DNA of 64,000 nucleotides from a virus. Each line of letters starts with the position of its first letter. The stretch's first letter is position 1. The position numbers were made by a program, and so were the translations under genes. This document shows positions 27,313-36,191 of the stretch, in pieces. A model generated the notes under the pieces. The model ran no database searches. It was not told the origin of the DNA and saw nothing but the letters and a program-made list of their open reading frames with translations. Location: IMG/VR virus record IMGVR_UViG_3300045921_000463, positions 1 to 64,000 of that record, one strand, 5' to 3'.

Positions 27313-30300
27313 TGCAACGCTCCATGGGTTTTGTAGTGGTTTTATTGTATCGAGAATTACTACTGTTGTAAAGTTTTTTCGTCGATAGTGCTGCTAGCTT
27401 TTCTTCAACCTCGCGCATTTTTGCAATAGTCTTTTCGTCCTGTGAATTTATATCTCTTAATTTTTTAAGCTCATCATTAAGAATGTGTCTGATTATATCC
27501 GTGTAAGTCCTGTTGCCGGACTCTACAGAGAAGTACTTTGGTTTTACTTCGTAGGTTTCGGCGAGGTTTCTGCCGATTTCGGCGTCAGCTACAATAGGAA
27601 CGGTAGGCTTCCATCCGAACCACTTTTCGAGCGGCAGATTTTCCATTGTTTTCTTGACAAGCCGCATCGTTTTGGCGGCATACTCTTCCTTGGCAATACA
27701 GATGATGGAATCGTGGATGAATCCGCATATCTTGATGTGCTCCCACAACCCTGTATTGCGCAGATAGGGAACAAGAAGACCGATTGCCATGAGCCCAAGA
27801 TCGGAAGCAAAGCTCTGCACTGGCGAGTTGATGCCCTGACGTATTGCCTGCTTCGCAATGGCCTCGTCGGAACTGTCAACCATCGGAAGATGTCGTATGC
27901 GTCCGTTGAAGGCCCGCACATATTTGTGCTTCTTTACCCATTGCTCGACGCGGCTATGCCATTCTGCAAGGCGGGGATACGTCTCAAAGAACATTTCTCT
28001 AAGAGATGCCGCTTCCTCGTCCGTAAAGTCGATACCGTAATCGGTTTTGGCGTATTCGCGGAATTTTTTCCACCACATGCCGTATAAAAACCCGAAATTG
28101 ACGCTGTTTCCAGAGATGGTGACACGTCCGTTTCGTCTGACAACAACATAGGAGGACGGCACAGTGACACAGTATACTGTCTGATTGTCAGCAGTCGATA
28201 CGGACCAGTTATTGCGCTTGAACGGATTACGCTCATTGCTTCTGAAAGAAACCTTGAATGTCTTGTTTGAGCAAGAAACGAGATTGCTTGTTCTGTTGGA
28301 CAACGTACAGACAATCTGCACAAAATTGGCGTTCTTCCTTTTAGAAGACGAATAGAAACACAAGCTTCGTGACGACTTTTTGTAACTATGCCCATCCCAA
28401 CGGGGCAACTCGTCGAGAAAGGCTTCCTTATCTATTACCGACAGTAGCGACACATCAAAAGTCTTGTCCGGCATGTATGCCATTATACGCTTTGCGACAG
28501 AATCCTTTTTCGGCAAGTAAAAGAAAGTTACTGCCTTTTTGTCAGAATCGAAAAACACACTGGTAGAGTAATCGACTCCAGCGGCGTCGAGCAGTTCACG
28601 GCATCTGTTTATTTTACGTTGCTTTGAAAAACCCAAACGGATTGCTCCATTGTTTTGGTAGCTTCCGTCAGCCTGAACCATTACAAGCAATCTGGTAAAC
28701 AAGGGATCAGCATCAGTTGAATCTGGATAGTAACCTGCATGGCAGCTTAGTACGCTGCCAGCCGTATCGTTGTAGGTAAGGTCTTCCGCAGCACGCTCAT
28801 ACGGCATCTTTGTGTACCGACTGAACAAGAGCAGCCTGTGGTTTGGGGTTACGGCAAGATCGGTACTCTTGTCTTGTATGATTACTACTTTCTGATTTTC
28901 GTAGCGATGAAAAGCCAACGGCTTTACAAAGCTGATCACGCCGCTTTCCCACTGCGCAACTTCAACATCCTGCGGCAACCTGTCGAACCTGACAAATCCT
29001 GAGGTTGTCAGGATTTCCGTATCGCCAGTGTAGCATTTTGATTGGAATCTTTTGAGGTCTTGAACCTCTTTTGAAAGCTTCAAGAATTCTTCAACAGATA
29101 TGCCCATGATACCCGCCGCAGTCGAGCGGTGAATGTCGCCGCCTTCCTGATAGACCTGCATCATACGTTCGTCGCCGCTGATCATTGCTGCGATTCGCAA
29201 CTCGGCCTGCGAAAGGTCAAGCTGAATGTAGACATGGCCTTCCGGGGCTTGAAACGCCTTTCTGAAAGTCTTTGCCATTTTCCCGCGCTTGGGAAAATTC
29301 TGACCATTGGGCGAATCTGAGCAACTACGACCTGTAGTCGTCTTGTGAAGAGAATAAGAAGGTCTGATACGCCCGTCATAGATGTACTTGTAGAAGCCCG
29401 AAATGTATGTATTCAGCATTTTCTGGTTCTTGATGTAGTCAGTAAGCCGCGCAATGAACGGATGGTCAGCAACATAGTAGGGAAGCGCCGTCTTTGACGA
29501 AACGGACGGCTTGCCGGTCTTGGTGTACTGCATTGGCTTCAAGCGCAGACCGTCGGGATGGTTGTAAAGGTAATCGACAAGGATTGCGTCACGATCAGGT
29601 TGCAGACCTACGCCTGTGTCTTTGTGAATGGACTTGATACTTACTGGAATCTGCGAAAGCAGCCATTCCTTTTCCTTCTCTTGGATGCCTCGCAAGTATT
29701 GCTCGAACTCTCTTAGGGCATCCACGTTTATGTAAAAGCCGGTCTGCTCCATGTAGCAGAAGGCGCGAATAGCGCGCATTACAGTCTTGCGATAGCAAGC
29801 CCAAAGTCTCTTGTCGCGCCGCAGTTTCGGCAATAACGTGTTATAGAGACGCAAGGCAGCGTCTGTATCGCCGCATCCGTAAGCTATCATCTTGTACGGC
29901 GGAACAAGGTCCATGCGCGTCTTGGACTGATGCACGGGGTCTTTGTTGAACTCGTCCGCATACCCCGCCATGGCAGGGACATGAAGTCTTGCAAGATCGT
30001 CTAGACTCTTGGAAAGGAGGTTTTCATCAATAAGGTGCGCCATCAGGATGGTATCGGCATGATAATTGGCAATCTGTATGCCGAGCTTGTAATGAAGCAT
30101 CAGCCAGTCAAATTTCAGGTTATGGCCGATGACCTTTACTTTCGTATTCTCAAGCAGCCGTTTCAGTTGGGCAACTATTTTCGGTCTGTAGGTTTCATAG
30201 CCGCCCGGAAAGTCGATCACGTTGTGAAAGCGCAGATCGCCTGCATCATAATCTACAGGCACAATGATACTTTCACCCGGCTTGATGCCGAGTTGAACCG

Positions 30301-30985
30301 TGAGAAGCCTAGTACTCGGATCGAACGGATACAATCCGACACTTTCGACATCGAGGGAAATGAGGCTTGGCGGGTCTTTCAGCAGATGTTCAAGATCGTA
30401 ACACCAACGATAATTCACAGCGATCCTTGCGTGTGAGGCTTCGGCCTTGAACCCTCCTCTTGCAACGCGACCGAGAGTTTCAAGGTCTGCGAGGAAGATG
30501 TTCTCGGACTCCGGGTGCTTCCTTGCGAAGAATGGTGAGGTCATGGGAAGAACAGGAGTAGTTCCGAAGCTTTTGCTGGACTCCAGTACCTGCCCTCGAA
30601 CCTTGGTTATCTGGACACTGCGCCCGATCACCTGTTGACAGGCTTTGGCACCCATCGGAACGATAATGAATGGCCGGAGTTCGTTTACAACCTCGACAAA
30701 GTGAGGCTCCCATTCCTTTAGAATCGAAGATACTGTCCTGTTGCTTGTGGATTCTTCGTAGGTAATGGAACGCGCGCACGAGAGAAATATTACGTCCTTT
30801 TCTTTCAGGCCGGTATGTTTCAATACGCGGGAACCAAGCCATTCAAGATCGTCCTTGCGAAGTGGAATGCTCAATGGCTGCGCAGAAATTACCGGATCGA
30901 GTACGACCATTACCTTGGCAGTCGTTCTTCCGAGGTGCGGAAGTCGTATTTCTACGCTGGCGTTTCTGTTGGTTGCCGCACTCAT
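27257..30985 (-). CDS. polA: Family A DNA polymerase with an N-terminal UDG-like domain, 3'-5' exonuclease and intein
   Basis: DVES, HNLKFD, YGCGD exo motifs; TTTGR, DLSQAELR, K/NFGFLYG, NSPVQS, HDSI. Confidence 0.95.
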   Translation of the reverse strand: MSAATNRNASVEIRLPHLGRTTAKVMVVLDPVISAQPLSIPLRKDDLEWLGSRVLKHTGLKEKDVIFLSCARSITYEESTSNRTVSSILKEWEPHFVEVVNELRPFIIVPMGAKACQQVIGRSVQITKVRGQVLESSKSFGTTPVLPMTSPFFARKHPESENIFLADLETLGRVARGGFKAEASHARIAVNYRWCYDLEHLLKDPPSLISLDVESVGLYPFDPSTRLLTVQLGIKPGESIIVPVDYDAGDLRFHNVIDFPGGYETYRPKIVAQLKRLLENTKVKVIGHNLKFDWLMLHYKLGIQIANYHADTILMAHLIDENLLSKSLDDLARLHVPAMAGYADEFNKDPVHQSKTRMDLVPPYKMIAYGCGDTDAALRLYNTLLPKLRRDKRLWACYRKTVMRAIRAFCYMEQTGFYINVDALREFEQYLRGIQEKEKEWLLSQIPVSIKSIHKDTGVGLQPDRDAILVDYLYNHPDGLRLKPMQYTKTGKPSVSSKTALPYYVADHPFIARLTDYIKNQKMLNTYISGFYKYIYDGRIRPSYSLHKTTTGRSCSDSPNGQNFPKRGKMAKTFRKAFQAPEGHVYIQLDLSQAELRIAAMISGDERMMQVYQEGGDIHRSTAAGIMGISVEEFLKLSKEVQDLKRFQSKCYTGDTEILTTSGFVRFDRLPQDVEVAQWESGVISFVKPLAFHRYENQKVVIIQDKSTDLAVTPNHRLLLFSRYTKMPYERAAEDLTYNDTAGSVLSCHAGYYPDSTDADPLFTRLLVMVQADGSYQNNGAIRLGFSKQRKINRCRELLDAAGVDYSTSVFFDSDKKAVTFFYLPKKDSVAKRIMAYMPDKTFDVSLLSVIDKEAFLDELPRWDGHSYKKSSRSLCFYSSSKRKNANFVQIVCTLSNRTSNLVSCSNKTFKVSFRSNERNPFKRNNWSVSTADNQTVYCVTVPSSYVVVRRNGRVTISGNSVNFGFLYGMWWKKFREYAKTDYGIDFTDEEAASLREMFFETYPRLAEWHSRVEQWVKKHKYVRAFNGRIRHLPMVDSSDEAIAKQAIRQGINSPVQSFASDLGLMAIGLLVPYLRNTGLWEHIKICGFIHDSIICIAKEEYAAKTMRLVKKTMENLPLEKWFGWKPTVPIVADAEIGRNLAETYEVKPKYFSVESGNRTYTDIIRHILNDELKKLRDINSQDEKTIAKMREVEEKLAALSTKKLYNSSNSRYNKTTTKPMERCNAKVAPSERIENRSRKAS
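28106..29035 (-). mobile_element. Intein (310 aa) with a LAGLIDADG-type endonuclease in PolA motif B
   Basis: Starts CYTGDTEILT, block B TPNH, ends VYCVTV...ISGN followed by Ser; MVQADG and LPRWDG motifs; removal restores RFQSK-SVNFGFLYG. Confidence 0.92.
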
Positions 30986-32373
30986 CGCATGAAATCCAAC
31001 ATGCTGGGGTTGGGTGCAAGCGAGTTTCCTCGGCTTCGGGAAGATCGTGCCTGCGGCCTTTCCATTATTTCGATTCGCGGATCGTCCGGCTGCAAGAGCG
31101 AAAGGTCTATCGGCGAAGTCCTGTTTTCAGGATAGTTGCAGTACCAGTATCCGTCCTCGCCCTCGCGGCCCTTGAGAATGCCGAACACCCTTACCGATTT
31201 CTCGAAAGGATGAGGTCCGAGGTCCAGTCCGAAAACATGCGAAGCGGATTGGCCGATAACGTCGGTTTCGCCGATTACCTCGACTCCAAGGTGTGCTATC
31301 GGATTGAAGCGCCGCGTCGATCCTGCCTGCTGTTCTTCATTGCGCTTTTGTGCGGCGCGGCGTCTTTCCTCGGCCTGCCTGTTGAACTGCATGGTGCTGA
31401 CGATGGGTATTTTCCTGTCGGCAGCGCATTTTTTAAGTTCCTCAGCAACATCGGATATGGTTTCTCTGCGACCCGAGGAACCATATCTCTTTGTCTGCGG
31501 TTTTAGCAGGTACCCCGCGTCTATGTAGGAAATGTCGGGCTGGAACTGGTCTATGTAGGCTTCTACCTGCGGAACGGACCTGTCGAAATTGGCAGTCACC
31601 ATGAACAAGGGCTGCATTTCGTTCATTTCCGCTATGGAGCGGCGAACAAGGTCTTGAGACGCGGTTGACACCGTTCCTGTGCGTATCAGGTTCGGGTTTA
31701 TGCGGGAATGGAGACCTACCATTCGCCGCATCGTGGCACGTCCTTCCATCTCGTTCGAGACGAAAAGGATGCGATGACCCGCTTTCCATGCGTTATAGCA
31801 CTGGTATAGAAGCGACCACGATTTTCCACGACCTACCCTGCCTACCCACACGATGTGATCGCCGGGCTGATAACCGCCGGTAACGTCATCAACCGCATCC
31901 CAGCCCGTAGTTACGCCGCGAAGTCCGTGGTAGGTGCTGCTGTCTTCGAACTCTTGAAGAATCTGCGCAAGAAGCGCGCGGCTGTCCTCGACACCGGAAG
32001 AGTCCGGCCCGAACCTGCGGCGTATGCTCGCAATCTCGTCGATGATCGCAAGCATCGCGGATACGTCGGATTGAGAACCCTTGAAACTTTCTCCGAGTCT
32101 GGCATACGGCTCCCGTAACAGGTTATAGAAAGCCCTGCGCTTTGCTTCATCGTAGTAGTATGAAGATGGCTCGTCAGGGTATGCGTTGATGCTGAAACGC
32201 CGCCGAAGCGTGTTGATAGTCGGAAACTTGTTGTGCTGCGCTACATGTACTCTGACAAATTCGTAAAGTCGTTTTTCATCGTCTGTCCTGAGAAACTCGG
32301 ATGGTATGTTCAGGAGACGGGAGCGTGACTTTTCCTTTACGACGGAAAGGACGAGGCTGATACCGACGCTCAT
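30982..32373 (-). CDS. dnaB: DnaB-like replicative helicase
   Basis: TGW..D..TGG, GRVGRGKS, SNEM, YIDAGYL, QFNR, KGREG. Confidence 0.92.
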   Translation of the reverse strand: MSVGISLVLSVVKEKSRSRLLNIPSEFLRTDDEKRLYEFVRVHVAQHNKFPTINTLRRRFSINAYPDEPSSYYYDEAKRRAFYNLLREPYARLGESFKGSQSDVSAMLAIIDEIASIRRRFGPDSSGVEDSRALLAQILQEFEDSSTYHGLRGVTTGWDAVDDVTGGYQPGDHIVWVGRVGRGKSWSLLYQCYNAWKAGHRILFVSNEMEGRATMRRMVGLHSRINPNLIRTGTVSTASQDLVRRSIAEMNEMQPLFMVTANFDRSVPQVEAYIDQFQPDISYIDAGYLLKPQTKRYGSSGRRETISDVAEELKKCAADRKIPIVSTMQFNRQAEERRRAAQKRNEEQQAGSTRRFNPIAHLGVEVIGETDVIGQSASHVFGLDLGPHPFEKSVRVFGILKGREGEDGYWYCNYPENRTSPIDLSLLQPDDPRIEIMERPQARSSRSRGNSLAPNPSMLDFMR

Positions 32374-32379
32374 GTGCGC

Positions 32380-33030
32380 TTAAGCGATTACGGTATCGTA
32401 CAGTATCAGGTCCACAGTAGAGTCGGTGTAGATCGCTTCAAGATGCTTTCGAACAGTTGGCATATCCGGTTTCTTGGTTGGAAACCGCCAAGCCCCGAAA
32501 ATTATCCTTCCGTGCAGGGAATGCTTGGCGATGCTGAGAAACTCGTAGAAGTGAGCCATAGCAGCAGGCTCGGACTTGAAGAATTGCTGCTGATGGCCGG
32601 ACACTGCATCCGCGATGAAGATGTAATCCGATTCTTCTGCGTATTCGATGATACTTGGGGTGCCTCGCAGCGTGTTCTTGATCTGCGCAAGAGCAATGGT
32701 TGCTGGCGTGGCGTAGAAGACTGTTCCGATGCCGCACAGCAGGAATTCCGTTGCCGATCCGCTGAAATCGGATTCATTCGTGATGAAAAGGCTGCGCGGA
32801 GCAACTTCGGCATTGACGATGTATTGAAGTTGCTTCTGGATTTCGGAAGAAACAAGTGATTTCGGAAGATCGCAAACTTTCATGTCTTTGATGGAGCGAT
32901 TGCCGATCAGGGAACGAAAATAATCCAGCGGAACAACCGCCTTCGAAAGGTCTTCCATGAGAACAGTAACCGGCATACTGCTTTCGCGAGGAAATAGCGT
33001 GTTATTGGCAGACGGCATGGTTACTCCCAT
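32380..33030 (-). CDS. possible degenerate DnaC/IstB-like helicase loader
   Basis: Lies directly upstream of dnaB; LFIT... and SDYIFIAD occupy Walker A/B-like positions, but there is no GKT. Confidence 0.4.
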   Translation of the reverse strand: MGVTMPSANNTLFPRESSMPVTVLMEDLSKAVVPLDYFRSLIGNRSIKDMKVCDLPKSLVSSEIQKQLQYIVNAEVAPRSLFITNESDFSGSATEFLLCGIGTVFYATPATIALAQIKNTLRGTPSIIEYAEESDYIFIADAVSGHQQQFFKSEPAAMAHFYEFLSIAKHSLHGRIIFGAWRFPTKKPDMPTVRKHLEAIYTDSTVDLILYDTVIA

Positions 33031-33674
33031 TCAGGTATGTTTTTCGCAGGTTTCGCTTTGCGAGGTCGCTTTATAGCAGGCTTTTTCTCGGATTGCAAGT
33101 CCCGGATTTTTGCTCTCAGCTTCATGATTTCGAATTCGCGTTTTCTGATTTCTTCCTGAGCGATGCGAACGACCTTGATGAGCGATTCCTGCTTCTCGGC
33201 AGCGCGCTCGTTTTCGCGCTTCCGTTCCGGCTCCTCGAAAACGCCATCCTTGAGCCGCTGGTAGTCGTAGAAGCACGAAACGTACAAGTCCGCGAAACGG
33301 AAAAGCCACGCCAGCGCAGGATACTCGGGATACTTCGAAAAACTGCGGAACTGCCGGGAATGCCGTATCGGCTTCCAGTTGTGAACGACGAAACCGGCAA
33401 AGTCCTGTACCGACAAACCCGCATCGCGGAGCGGTACCACGATCAACCGTTTCAGTTGCGGCACATCCCGTTTCTTCGACATCTGCATTACGGGAGCCGC
33501 AGGGAAGGACTCCCTGATCGCGGCACGCCAATAGCTATCGAAGATTCGAACGCCATCTTCGATAGTATACCGCTTCGACCACTGGTCCAGCTTTTGCGCT
33601 TTCAGCGTCAGCGCGTGCGCTATCGCTTCCTGAGCGGAGGTGAACTGCTTGAGTGTATGTGTACGTTTTTTCAT
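33021..33674 (-). CDS. hypothetical replication-block protein
   Basis: 217-aa ORF with a coiled-coil C-terminus, between the origin and the loader-like gene. Confidence 0.7.
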   Translation of the reverse strand: MKKRTHTLKQFTSAQEAIAHALTLKAQKLDQWSKRYTIEDGVRIFDSYWRAAIRESFPAAPVMQMSKKRDVPQLKRLIVVPLRDAGLSVQDFAGFVVHNWKPIRHSRQFRSFSKYPEYPALAWLFRFADLYVSCFYDYQRLKDGVFEEPERKRENERAAEKQESLIKVVRIAQEEIRKREFEIMKLRAKIRDLQSEKKPAIKRPRKAKPAKNIPEWE

Positions 33675-33687
33675 ACTCTACCCTTGT

Positions 33688-33979
33688 TTAGATTTTTCTC
33701 GATTACACTAATTTCACATTTTTACTCTGATCTTTAGTTTTTAGATTTTTCCCTTTCTGCCTCGCGCGCGTACGCGCGCGTAGGTTGTATGTTGTTTAAT
33801 ATACCGTAAGGTATATTATATAGAGTCCGGCTGACCGGACTCTGGAGTCCGGCTGACCGGACTTAGATTTTTCACAAAAACTGCTTTGTTTTGACCATTT
33901 TTTGAAGAATCCAGAATGTATGTTGAAGAATACGAGATATAAGAATTTGACATTTGAACGAGTCCGGTGGACCGGACTC
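33688..33979. other. Putative replication origin (palindromic iterons and hairpins)
   Basis: AGTCCGG-N4-CCGGACT x3, TAATATACC-GTAA-GGTATATTA, CGCGCGCGTACGCGCGCG, TTAGATTTTT x3, AT-rich spacer. Confidence 0.7.
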
Positions 33980-33991
33980 TGTAAAAATTTG

Positions 33992-34549
33992 TCAACGGTT
34001 TTCATCTTTTTCCCTCGCAATAAAGCCGCGAAGTGCCGCTCTGTCGAGCAAAATTTCATACTTGGAAGCGTAATGGATTGTGGCTTCCATTATAGCTGAC
34101 ATTATGGCTTGTCCGCGTTTTTTGTCGGATAGTAGGGCTTTTTTCAGTTCTTTTTCCGAACACACGTAATCGTACGGATAACAAGTTATTGAGAAGCCGC
34201 GTTTTTCTTGTTTTATCAGACCCATTTGTTTTAGTTTGTTGACAGACTCGTAAAATTGTGATCGTCCTACTGCTGGCGCAGGTATGAGGAATTTCAGTTT
34301 CGCATAAGGCGTTTTTCCGCGTATGAGGTCTTCATACGTCATTGGTACGGGATCGGCTGCTCCAAACCTTGAAGTACGATCCCATATCCCCATGATTATC
34401 GCCTGCTCTGTCAGAGTCAAATATGGCAATATTGCGAACCGCAGAAACGTGACCGAATCAAGCGCGTCATTGCGCAGATAATCGAAGGCTTGACAAACTT
34501 TCCGGTATTCGCTATTTATCATGACAGCTCCTCTCGTGGCTTCGTGCAT
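33992..34549 (-). CDS. replication-initiator-like winged-helix protein (lambda O N-terminal-like)
   Basis: LTLTEQAIIMGIWDRTSRFG ... SQFYESVNKLKQMGLI; iterons immediately downstream. Confidence 0.6.
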   Translation of the reverse strand: MHEATRGAVMINSEYRKVCQAFDYLRNDALDSVTFLRFAILPYLTLTEQAIIMGIWDRTSRFGAADPVPMTYEDLIRGKTPYAKLKFLIPAPAVGRSQFYESVNKLKQMGLIKQEKRGFSITCYPYDYVCSEKELKKALLSDKKRGQAIMSAIMEATIHYASKYEILLDRAALRGFIAREKDENR

Positions 34550-34654
34550 TGAGTCTCCCTTTGCAGCTCCCTGTATGGGTGCTTCTCTGGTAGTTTTTCA
34601 ATGCAGGTTTCGCAGCTTGAAGTTACGACGAGGGGCGGCTGGAGTCAAGCAGAC

Positions 34655-34704
34655 GGGCTTCGGCCTTTGGGGGGAGAGCAGGCAAGCACTCTCCCCCTTT
34701 TTTT
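34655..34704 (+). terminator. Plus-strand cUUCGg hairpin and intrinsic terminator (3' end of a putative antisense RNA)
   Basis: GGC-TTCG-GCC at 34656-34665; GGGGGAGAG/CTCTCCCCC stem followed by T7. Confidence 0.7.
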
Positions 34705-34760
34705 ATTTCATGTTTTTGATTGGCGCGCGATCCAGCAGTGCCTTACCGTTTATAACAATG

Positions 34761-35147
34761 TTATAGCTCCTTTCTCTTGTCTATCAGACGTATTGGTAGC
34801 CCTGATTTGATGGCTTTTCGAACCCTGTTAACCATGTCGTCTGTTTCGCGTCCACCCGGAGCCGCCAATACCACGTGCGGGTTTGTTTCGCGCAGCATCT
34901 GGTTGTTTCTTATGACGCCCGCGGCGTCTCCAAGCTCGGACCACCTGGCAGGGAACACCCGTATTCTGAATCCTGCTTGTCTTGCAATACGGCCAGCCAA
35001 TCTGTCTGCGCCACGAGCACCGCCGTGTATAAGTTGTATCTGATCGCTTTCAAGATCATTACCGACAGCTTCGAAAATCCAGCGACGAAGTTTGTCTTCA
35101 TCGTGGAAATCCCTGCCGCCAGTAACAAGTAACCGCATTTTGATCAT
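34761..35147 (-). CDS. DUF2493 / YspA-like SLOG protein
   Basis: LVTGGRDF.D, IHGGARGAD, AGVIRN..ML, APGG..T.DMV. Confidence 0.88.
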   Translation of the reverse strand: MIKMRLLVTGGRDFHDEDKLRRWIFEAVGNDLESDQIQLIHGGARGADRLAGRIARQAGFRIRVFPARWSELGDAAGVIRNNQMLRETNPHVVLAAPGGRETDDMVNRVRKAIKSGLPIRLIDKRKEL

Positions 35148-35443
35148 TTACAATCTTTCAAGTAGTAAAAAGATTGTATGCCGAACGATTTGTCTATTTC
35201 CAAAAATACCAGAGAAACGGGTTTTGAGGGCAAAGTGGCAGGAACATCGACAGGGGGCGTTTGAATGTCGTAGTACAGCGGTTTTCTCGGGGGTCTTCTG
35301 TATACAGGGGTGGTAGGAAGAAAAGGGCGCGGCGGGTCGTCAAGGATTGGCGGAAAGGGCTCCCTGACAGGATATGCAACAACAACATCAAGACAGGGAG
35401 GCGAGGTCATAAGCAATGCAGCCGCCACAACAAGGTATTTCAC
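35144..35443 (-). CDS. hypothetical proline-rich secreted or membrane protein
   Basis: Signal-like N-terminus; overlap-coupled on both sides. Confidence 0.55.
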   Translation of the reverse strand: MKYLVVAAALLMTSPPCLDVVVAYPVREPFPPILDDPPRPFLPTTPVYRRPPRKPLYYDIQTPPVDVPATLPSKPVSLVFLEIDKSFGIQSFYYLKDCK

Positions 35444-35715
35444 GTCCAGTCCTTTCCTGATGCATCGAATTCAGGCAGTTCAAGAACACCGATGCTGATA
35501 CCGTGCACAAGATCGTCGGCTCTGGCGCAGCCCAGAAAATTGCTCGCACATCTTGCCATGTCGTTTTTGGAAAGCCCGCAGTAAACACACTTGTAAGTGC
35601 TATCGGCAAGAAATGCGCAAAACTTGTCGTTCTCGGCGACAAGGCGCTCGTTTTTTTCTTTTCGGAACCTGTTGCACAAACCGAACGCCTTGCTTATGCT
35701 GTCAAGAAGACGCAT
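35440..35715 (-). CDS. hypothetical Cys-rich protein
   Basis: CVYC...C....GCARADD. Confidence 0.65.
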   Translation of the reverse strand: MRLLDSISKAFGLCNRFRKEKNERLVAENDKFCAFLADSTYKCVYCGLSKNDMARCASNFLGCARADDLVHGISIGVLELPEFDASGKDWT

Positions 35716-36074
35716 CAGAATACTATTCCCTTTTTACGAAGTGCCACAAGACACATGCGTTCGTATTCGACGGCCCTTTCGTATGTATCGAACAGCAGGG
35801 TTTCATTTTCTATGAGAATTGCCGTCGAAGATGTGATACCAAACCCAAAAATGCTACAATGCATGTAAATTTTATGCACGTCATTGGCGTAAGGGCCCTT
35901 GAGCCATTTGACCATGTAGCGTTTGGTTTCCTTGTGCATACAGATGTCGGTTACTCGAAGCATGTCTCCGATTTCAAACATGTCATCGAGAATGGCGTGG
36001 GCTGCGCTGTCGCCGCGAGTAAATTGCGCATTGCCTTCCGGCGTAAAAGTAATGACTGTGGGGATGTCGATCAT
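35715..36074 (-). CDS. hypothetical protein, possibly of the family that accompanies DUF1257/DUF2997/AAA loci
   Basis: ITFTPEG...LRVTDI...W...FDTYERAVEYE pattern (recalled similarity, unverified). Confidence 0.55.
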   Translation of the reverse strand: MIDIPTVITFTPEGNAQFTRGDSAAHAILDDMFEIGDMLRVTDICMHKETKRYMVKWLKGPYANDVHKIYMHCSIFGFGITSSTAILIENETLLFDTYERAVEYERMCLVALRKKGIVF

Positions 36075-36124
36075 GCTTAGGCTCCGTAGTCGGCTTTTAT
36101 TATAACCCGTTTATAACAACCGAA

Positions 36125-36157
36125 CAAGAAAAAGTCCTCGGCCTTTCGACCGAGGAC
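36125..36157 (-). terminator. Rho-independent terminator
   Basis: GTCCTCGG/CCGAGGAC stem followed by TTTTTCTTG on the minus strand. Confidence 0.8.
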
Positions 36158-36191
36158 AGTTGCTTCCGTAAGGGAGGACCGGAAGATGTTA

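Noticed and set aside
33796-34059. 87-aa ORF across the iterons, or a continuous initiator ORF
   Set aside because: It has no convincing start, and all three minus frames hit stops within the origin region.
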